A stretch of DNA of 60,038 nucleotides, counting the filler, from Barthelona sp. PAP020 (lineage: Eukaryota), in NCBI GenBank assembly GCA_040182905.1. It is 2 parts of 2 records of this genome, joined end to end, with 100 filler letters (N's around TTAATTAATTAA, not from the genome) between each part and the next. Parts side by side here need not be neighbours in the genome. Positions count along the whole stretch, not along the records: positions 30,443 to 60,038 come from JARQWU010000116.1; 1 more part is not named here. One strand, given 5' to 3'. The notes beneath the pieces were generated by a model. That model did not search any database and had not been told where the DNA came from. It was given only the letters and a program-made list of their open reading frames with translations. Below, piece after piece: positions 52,804-60,038 of the stretch. The translations under genes were made by a program, and so were the position numbers. Position 1 is the stretch's first letter; every line of letters starts with the position of its first letter.

Positions 52804-55146
52804 TTAAACAATTAATTCTTGAATTGGTGTATTCAATCTTTTTTCCCTGTTTTTAGTACCACTACACAACAAAAGTGTTTCATCATGATTAAAAGCCATG
52901 GCCCAAATTTGAAACGACAGCTTAAATGTTGAAAGCACCTCACCAGTTTCCCTTTGAATCACAAGAACATGTCTATCTCCCTGACAAGCATATATCAATG
53001 AACCACCTTGGGAGAAAATAACAGAATATATCCAAATATGATGAACCCTATTCTTTATCAACAATTCCCTGGATTCAACATCAAATATTCTAATTGTACC
53101 AATTTCATCACCTGTCGCCCAATAAGCACCATCGTGGGAGAAGTTGCCTGATCTAACTCCTTTTTCATCATGGCTCCAGATATGAAGCACCTCATACGTC
53201 TTCAATGAAAACAATTTCGAAAATCCATCTTCACTAACAGAGGCAAAGAACCTGCTGTCTGGGCTGATACATACAGTACCAACGTCCTTTTCATGTGCTC
53301 GAGATTCGTACAACTTCTGTCCATCAACCGTATATATGGCAATGTAACCATCCCACATACCAAATGAAAGAAGTTTCCCATCTGGTGAAAACCATAACTG
53401 TTTTACATGCCCTGCCATATCACTAATCACCCTGACTGTTCTCCAAGTATCAACCTCAATGATATGAATTGCTGGACCAACACCACCAACAGCTAACAGT
53501 TTGGAGTCTGGACTGAAATTGAGACCCATCGCCTTCAAATACTTCTTTTCATGAATGATTTCATGTGTTTCAATGTTATAAACTCTTAAAAATTTTTTTT
53601 TATATCCAGCAACTGCGAAAAACCGTCCATCCGAACTGTAATCAAGAGCCCAAACTTGGCTATCAGGAAAATCCTCACTAAACACAGGCTTCTTTGCAAA
53701 CATATCAACTGCAGGAACAAATTTCTTTCTATTTTCAATGGGAAGTTTAATATCTTTGCTCTTTATAATTTCATTCATTTGGTTTGGTATATTGTCTGAA
53801 ACATAACTTTTAACAGAGGATTTACTTTTATTATTGGCAATAAGTTTATTCGATCGGTTTGTTGAACAGTTGATTTCATTGTGTATTTCTTCGTTTCTGT
53901 TCAACAATTCACAGACTTGATTTTCTAAGTCTTGGTTTTTATTCATCAATTCTTGTGTCATTTCATTAAATTCTTCGTTTCTATTCAACAATTCACAGAC
54001 TTGATTTTCTAATTCTTGGTTTTTATTCATCAATTCTTGTGTCATTTCATTAAATTCTTCTACTTGACACGTTAATTCAATTTCTTTTTGCAACCATTTC
54101 TTTTTATCTTCTTTTAACTCATCAACTTGTTTTGTCAAAGTTTGAATCCTCTCTTCAAACTCTTTTTTTTCCAAAAACCAACGGTTCTTTTCTGCCTTCA
54201 ACACAGCAATCTCCTTCAAAAAAGCCTTTTCGTCACCCTCAAACCGCTCAATTTGCATCGCTAAATACTCGGTAATTTCACCAAATGTTGGTCTTTGGGT
54301 TGGATCAATAGTCAAACACTTCTTGATAATTTCAAATCCAGGTATTGTATTGAGTGATTCGTTGTTATACGGAAGTTGTCCTTTACTCAATTTAACAGCA
54401 ATTTGAAACTCAGTCAACCCATCAAAAGGAAGAAACCCTGAAATAATCTGAGTCAACATAACACCAAATGACCATACATCTATAGGCATTGCTTTAATAG
54501 CTTTCAAATCATCAGCTAATTCAGGAGCCATATATCTAATTGAGCCCATCATCCAATTTGCAGAACCTACATTGGCATCACGAACAAGACCAAAATCAGC
54601 AACGACTGGCATATACGTACCATATAAAAATTTTAACAACACATTTCTTGGTTTAAGATCCCCATGCACAAGACCTTTGCTGTGACAAAACTCAAGTGCA
54701 GAAGAAACTTGCCTCATAATATTTAATTTCTCCTTTAAACCCAATTTTGGTATCATTTCTTCAAGATTAACATCACAATATTCCATTACAACAGCCTTTT
54801 TGCACTCAAACTCAGTAATTCCAAAGACTTGCCTTATAGAAGAATGATTTAAAACTATGGGAAGACATTCTCTTTTTAATTCATCAACAGAAATTTTTTC
54901 AACAAAAACTTTGATGACTACTTTCTCTCCATGTCTTTTGGCAAGATGTAAGACCTCACTAACACCTATTTTGAAGTCTCTTTCCACAATTTCAAATTCA
55001 TTTCCAGGTATATTGACGTCATTTGATTGGATAAATTTATCCAATTTTTCAAAAGAATTTTCACCTTGTTTTTCAACAATTTTTCTTCGTTTCTTCGCAC
55101 GCTGTTTTGGTTCTTTTGATCCCTGAAATTCTTGAACCGTTAACAT
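52804..55146 (-). CDS. protein kinase (TKL-like) + coiled coil + WD40 propeller
   Basis: VVIK, HGDLKPRNVLL, DFG, YMAPE and DVWSFG kinase motifs; central coiled coil; C-terminal WD40 repeats (AHEKDVGTVCISPD, FSHDGAYWATGDE). Confidence 0.88.
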   Translation of the reverse strand: MLTVQEFQGSKEPKQRAKKRRKIVEKQGENSFEKLDKFIQSNDVNIPGNEFEIVERDFKIGVSEVLHLAKRHGEKVVIKVFVEKISVDELKRECLPIVLNHSSIRQVFGITEFECKKAVVMEYCDVNLEEMIPKLGLKEKLNIMRQVSSALEFCHSKGLVHGDLKPRNVLLKFLYGTYMPVVADFGLVRDANVGSANWMMGSIRYMAPELADDLKAIKAMPIDVWSFGVMLTQIISGFLPFDGLTEFQIAVKLSKGQLPYNNESLNTIPGFEIIKKCLTIDPTQRPTFGEITEYLAMQIERFEGDEKAFLKEIAVLKAEKNRWFLEKKEFEERIQTLTKQVDELKEDKKKWLQKEIELTCQVEEFNEMTQELMNKNQELENQVCELLNRNEEFNEMTQELMNKNQDLENQVCELLNRNEEIHNEINCSTNRSNKLIANNKSKSSVKSYVSDNIPNQMNEIIKSKDIKLPIENRKKFVPAVDMFAKKPVFSEDFPDSQVWALDYSSDGRFFAVAGYKKKFLRVYNIETHEIIHEKKYLKAMGLNFSPDSKLLAVGGVGPAIHIIEVDTWRTVRVISDMAGHVKQLWFSPDGKLLSFGMWDGYIAIYTVDGQKLYESRAHEKDVGTVCISPDSRFFASVSEDGFSKLFSLKTYEVLHIWSHDEKGVRSGNFSHDGAYWATGDEIGTIRIFDVESRELLIKNRVHHIWIYSVIFSQGGSLIYACQGDRHVLVIQRETGEVLSTFKLSFQIWAMAFNHDETLLLCSGTKNREKRLNTPIQELIV
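53887..54060 (-). repeat. 84-bp in-frame tandem duplication (28 aa) in the kinase-WD40 coiled coil
   Basis: EEFNEMTQELMNKNQ(E/D)LENQVCELLNRN occurs twice with near-identical DNA; TTCTTC anchors at 53887, 53971 and 54055. Confidence 0.9.
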
Positions 55147-55702
55147 GGATAAAAATAGAAAGAGATGATGATTCCAAAAATTTGCAACAATTATTTTTTT
55201 TCTAGCTTTCTGAAAAATTTCAATTTATTGTCCAATTTAAAAACATAAAGGAAATTACGGCATTCAATTAACAATTGCCTGAAATTAACTATTTTTGAAG
55301 GAAATTTCTTATTTGATTCTGAAAAGAGTTTTGTAAATTGCAGCATTTATAAATCAAGATTTTTCAAACCCTCGAATTTAAATATTCACACCACACTCAA
55401 GATGAATGCCTTTTTTGTAGAAAATGGTATCTTCAACAACGTAAATAAATTTCAAATATTTGACCTTTGCATAGGGTTCCTATCAAAATTCTGCAGGTTC
55501 GCTTATTCTTGATTAAATAAATTGGATAACAACAGTTTTTTTTTCTTTAAACAGTAATTGTGTTGTTTCGTAACTTCAGGAATAATTCCTTTAATCAATT
55601 GACATATTTTAAAAAATATTTACTTACTAAAATTTTAAATTAGTGCAGTTGTGAGGTACCAATAAACAGAAAAAAGTTCTTTCAGAATACTAATTGAAAA
55701 AT

Positions 55703-55860
55703 TTATTTCCAAGCCAAGAAGCACTGTACTTATGAGTGAATAAAAAAGAATAGTGATTATTTGAGTGAAGGCTCTGGAAGCCCGATTGATCTGTTGAAAA
55801 ACTTCAGATTTTCTTAGGTAAAGTTTAGACTTTAGAATTCCGCTTTCGCAAAAACACAAA
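55703..55860. repeat. dispersed repeat copy 1 (homologous to 58895-59053)
   Basis: TTATTTCCAAGCCAAGAAGCACTGT...CCCGATTGATCTGTTGAAAAACTT is shared, collinear and indel-free between the two copies. Confidence 0.85.
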
Positions 55861-56577
55861 AGAATACAGGGACAGGAAGTTCTTTTCCAAAGATTAAAAC
55901 AATTTTAGTCTGGATTCCTCACACCCTGAGTTTTGGCTGAATTCACTTTGCGTCACCATTGGACCAAAGTATCAGGCCACATTTATCTTTTTTATTGTTA
56001 AAAAACCGATTGTTGGTGTTCAAAACAAAAAGAACATAAATATTTATTATAAACGACATTGCTTTTATTTATTTAAATTGAAGGTTGTCACACAATACCA
56101 ACGTTGGAGACTCTCATAAAGAAGTGAAAAAAGTTTCTTCAATTTAAGAAAAAAAAGAAAATTTGATGGATATATATTTCACTCTTGCACTTTCAATTTG
56201 AAAATTTCGTGACCAAAAATATATCAATATTATTACTAAATCAACAAATCAGCAAAAATGAATTGGGACAATGTCTTTTGTAAAAAATATTTGAACAAAC
56301 ATAATCGTGACAAACTTTCAAAATTGTAGGACATTTTCACAACGTTAAATCAATAGCGAAAATTCAATTGGGTGCATCAATTCGAAAAAGGAGATCTCAA
56401 GAAAGAATCAAACAACACATTGACAAAAGTATCACGTACTAGTTTACTTAATCTACTTATTTCATTTAAACAACAACAAAATTAAAACAACGACTGATTG
56501 TTCTTGAAAATTATTCCAAATTTTTTTTAGAAGATCTAATTTTACTACAGCTTTTTTTAGTTTTTTTTTCACACACA

Positions 56578-58270
56578 ATGGTTGTTAACACTAACATTGC
56601 ACACCTTAAAAAGACAATTGAATTGAAGGAAAAAGAAGTTGACATTATTTTTGTTGCAAACTGGCGATCAAAAGGAAAGAATCGGGTACCCAATCTAGAA
56701 TCATTCACAGAGATTATGAATTCTTTGAAACCTACCGAAATTTTACCATATACATTTAAAATACTCAACCAGTTTTTTGCAACAGGAGCATTTGGATACT
56801 TAAGCACCGCTGAAAAATACGGAATTGTTCATATCATCAAGTTTTTTCACAAGAAGCCGGCAAAACATGATTTCCTCAAAGAATGCGTGCCAATGGCGCT
56901 GCATCATCCTTGCATTCGTCAAATTCATGGCGTGACCAAAATGAATGGCAAGACTGGGATAGTTATGGAATTTTGTGATTCAGTTCTAGAGCATGAAATA
57001 CCCAACCTGTCACGAATGTGGCTTAGTTCATGGCGATCTGAAACCCAACAATGTTCTTTTGAGGAAAGTAAGTGGAAAGTTTATTCCTGCTTTGAGCGAT
57101 TTTGGAACTGTGAAAGATGCCAACAGTTTTTCCATGGTTTCTATGGTAGGCGCTATTGCATATGTTGCTCCTGAAATACTTGTTTGGGAAAATGAGGATG
57201 AAATTAATCGAAAGGCTATCGATGTGTGGGCGTTTGCTGTGATGATGATTTATGTAATTACAGGCGTTTGTCCTTTTGAAGGAATTGATGATCGTAAAGC
57301 GTTCAGATATTTGCTAAATGGGAAATTGCCATATTCCGACGAGATGATTGATTCCATTCCTGGTCATGGTATTGTAAAGCTGTGTTTCGATAAAAACCCT
57401 ACCGAGCGTCCGTCGTTCGAGTTGATTGCTGATTATCTGAAGATGCTTGTAGATACTGTGGTTGAAGAGACAGGTATTAAAGAGCAAATTGACCCATTTG
57501 TTAAGTATAACATGGATCAAGTTGTTGTTCCAGATGGGTTTGATGTAGATGGATTTGAAGATGATGGTCGGCCAAAGAAGATCTATTATGCGGCTTGTGA
57601 TGGTAATCTTGAGGTTGTCAAGCAGTGTATCAAAGCTGGCGTTGATGTGAACAAACAGGGTAAGGAAGGAAGGACATCGTTGTATGGAGCTTGTTTTGAT
57701 GGGCACATGGGAGTTGTTGAGTTTTTGATGGACTTTGGTGCTGATATCAATTTTTGTAATAAAAATGGTACTTCTCCATTATATGTTAGTTGTCAAAATG
57801 GTCATCTTGATGTTGCTAAAATGCTCTTGGAAAATGGAGCTGATGTTAATTTGTGTGTGAATGATGGATTTTCTCCATTGTATATCAGTTGTCAAAAAGG
57901 TCATCTTGATGTTGCCAAAATGCTTTTGAAATATGGAGCTGATGTTAATTTGTGTGCGAATGATGGATTTTCTCCATTGTATATCAGTTGTCAAAAAGGT
58001 CATCTTGATGTTGCCAAAATGCTCTTGGATCATGGAGCTGATGTCAATTTGTGTATGAATGAAGATGCTTCTCCATTACACATCAGTTCTCAATTTGGTC
58101 ATCTTGACACAGTAAAACTTCTATTGGATCATGGAGCCGATGTAAATCTCAAATTTCAACAAAAATGGACACCAATGGATATTGCCAGAAGTGAAGGTCA
58201 TTCCCAAATTGTACAATTTCTCCATCCCTTCTACAATTCATCCAGTACTTTTACTTCTTTACAAACTTAA
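56578..58270 (+). pseudogene. kinase-ankyrin gene disrupted by a frameshifting internal deletion at about 57007
   Basis: N-lobe (ATGAFG, IIK, KECVP, VMEFCD) lies in the 56578 frame; C-lobe (CHECGLVHGDLKPNN, DFG, APE) and ankyrin repeats lie in the 56993 frame. About 19 aa present in the 52804-55146 paralog are missing at the junction. Confidence 0.75.
57772..58140 (+). repeat. 99-bp ankyrin-coding tandem repeats, near-identical at DNA level
   Basis: TTCTCCATT..AT.T.AGTT.TCAA...GGTCATCTTGA units recur every 99 nt. Confidence 0.85.
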
Positions 58271-58690
58271 ATTCACAAAACATCAGCCTATTAATAAATT
58301 ATCACACAATAATGATACTGAAAATACCCAACTCTATATCCCAACTTTCTATTCAAATTTTAAATTTACAGGGTTCAAACCAAGATGTAACCCACTTTTT
58401 ATAAATCCTTCAATTTTGTTATTAACAATCACACAGTGAACTTAGTTTCTCATTGGCATATTAGCTAAAGTGAAATCTCTATCGTTCTATCTGTGCTTAC
58501 TGTGGTTGGATTCTAATGCACGATTAGTTTAGTTTTTAGGGAGTAGGTAGATACCTATCCTTTATTGACTGCAAAACTCAAGAAATATGGACAAAATACT
58601 ACTTGTTTTTATGCTTTTGAAGTTGAACAGAAATTCTTGAACTAAAATATTAATCCTGAAAGTAACTCACGATTAAGATGGATTAGGTGT

Positions 58691-59125
58691 ATGAATGAAA
58701 AAATAACTATAGTATTCGTTTGGCTAAAAGCTTCCAGAGTTTGATGGACCTTTTAAAACTTTAAATTTTCTGAGATAAAGTTTAAATTTTAAAATTTTGT
58801 TTTTATGAAATGAAGAATTTCTCCAAAATTCTCATAATTGATCGTTAAAATTACATTTTAGTCTCTCAATTCCCTCTTCCTTCAATCTCTGTAATTATTT
58901 CCAAGCCAAGAAGCACTGTGCGTATGAGTGAATAAAAAAGAATAGTGTTTATTTGGTTAAAGGCTTTCGAGGCCCGATTGATCTGTTGAAAAACTTTAGA
59001 TTTTCTAAGGTAAAGTTTAAACTTTAAAATTTTACTTTTGCAAAAGCACAAAAAATAGGAATGAAGAGTTTCTCTGAAATTCTCCTACTTGATCGTTCCA
59101 ATTACATTTCAGTCCCTCAATGCCC
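58691..59125. repeat. two tandem degenerate copies (about 58691-58877 and 58895-59125) of the repeat family also at 55703
   Basis: Shared blocks AAAACTTTA.ATTTTCT...TAAAGTTTAAA.TTTAAAATTTT and ATGAAGA.TTTCTC..AAATTCTC.TA.TTGATCGTT..AATTACATTT.AGTC.CTCAAT. Confidence 0.75.
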
Positions 59126-59689
59126 CTGCTGGGATTTTGATTGAAATTTGCTAGAATGAGTTTTCTGAGTTAACTTTCTTTGTAAATAAACATAGTTGTT
59201 TCACAACTTGACCAAATAAATATATTGGTTTCAATTGGAACAACATTTCACAGTCATTCATACTTGTAGTGTGTTATTATCAAAAATTTGTAAAAATGTG
59301 GAAGTTCATGCTCAATGAATGGAATTTATTGGAGATATAAAGAGGTCATCAAATATCACTTCCTTTATTTGTTGTTTCTTAACCATCTTTAGGTCCAATT
59401 TTTTAAGTTACTTGGGCATCTGAATCCACGTGAGTTTTTCCCAAACCTTAACTAACTCGTTTCGTTGTTCACTGAACAACTCATACCTCATAAATATCTA
59501 ATAAAATAAAAATTATGTTTTAAAAGTTGCAAGAATAAAATAATTGAATAATTTTAATTTTCAAAACTAATGCATCAAAAAGTATTATTTATTTTCTTTT
59601 TATTGGTAATAAAATTTATACTCAATTCTATTTTCAAATTATCATTATCACCAAGTTATTTTAAATCAACAAGTAAGCTTCCTTTACAC

Positions 59690-59760
59690 GGTCTTATGGT
59701 CTAGGGGTAGGACAGCGGACTTTGAATCCGCTAGCCCCGGTTCGATTCCGGGTAAGACCA
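59690..59760 (+). tRNA. tRNA-Gln(TTG)
   Basis: Acceptor GGTCTTA/TAAGACC; D arm; anticodon stem GCGGA/TCCGC with loop CT-TTG-AA (anticodon 59722-59724); T arm CCCGG-TTCGATT-CCGGG. Confidence 0.95.
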
Positions 59761-60038
59761 AGTTTTGATTTTGTGAAAAAAAGAACTAGGATCGAGTCTC
59801 TACAATAACAAAATTAGCGCATTCCATCACGTTTCACGTTAGACGAAAGGGCAAAATTAAAGGCTTTAATTTATAATTACTAACTGGGGTTGGGGAAATT
59901 AGTCCATGGTATCTTTGCTGTTTTGGTCAACCGATTCAGAATTTCACGTTAGGTACAAGAAAAGGTATACGAAAGCTTTTATATACGGTGTGTTATTGAA
60001 ATGAGTAGTTGGGAAAGCCTTGAATTTGAATCCTGGCT

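Noticed and set aside
182..58270. Alternative genetic code (TAA/TAG = Gln, as in hexamitid diplomonads)
   Set aside because: Conserved genes end at TAA or TAG at their expected C-termini (for example the ATM FATC ends in TAG and RPL10 in TAA), multi-kb ORFs have no internal TAR, and the tRNA-Gln has a normal TTG anticodon.
1010..58439. Numerous 60-170 aa antisense or alternate-frame ORFs nested in longer genes
   Set aside because: Shadow ORFs of real coding sequence with no motifs and mostly non-ATG starts.
59832..59952. 11-bp direct repeat TTTCACGTTAG (59832-59842, 59942-59952) and a T-loop-like stretch at the window end
   Set aside because: Too little context; no second cloverleaf or element boundary can be built.

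Overview
Gene-dense, very AT-rich eukaryotic nuclear DNA using the standard genetic code (TAA, TAG and TGA all end recognisable genes). Intergenic spacers are often under 100 bp. The few introns are tiny (34-43 nt), GT-AG, and lie at the 5' ends of genes. Flagellar/basal-body genes (LRRC49, CFAP52-like, SF-assemblin-like, SHIPPO-repeat, C2CD3-like) indicate a flagellated protist; a metamonad-like lineage is my inference only. Recognisable genes include ATM-like PIKK, COMMD7, LZIC, CAF1/POP2, a mid-SUN protein, SEC11, a stand-alone flavodoxin, SMC6, RPB4, RPL10, pecanex, DNA polymerase alpha, a divergent TALE homeobox, USP5/13, two paralogous kinases (kinase-WD40 intact, kinase-ankyrin broken by a frameshifting deletion) and tRNA-Gln(TTG). 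An artificial N/TTAATTAATTAA/N linker at 30343-30442 means the two halves may not be contiguous. The most interesting unexplained signals are a roughly 610-nt intergenic segment (17311-17923) that folds on the + strand into nested long-range helices with a possible pseudoknot, and a roughly 210-nt multibranched structure (52348-52560). Both are candidate unannotated ncRNAs that I cannot assign to a known family. An intron also splits the RPL10 start codon (A|TG). All family calls come from motif recognition by eye; no searches or folding programs were run.
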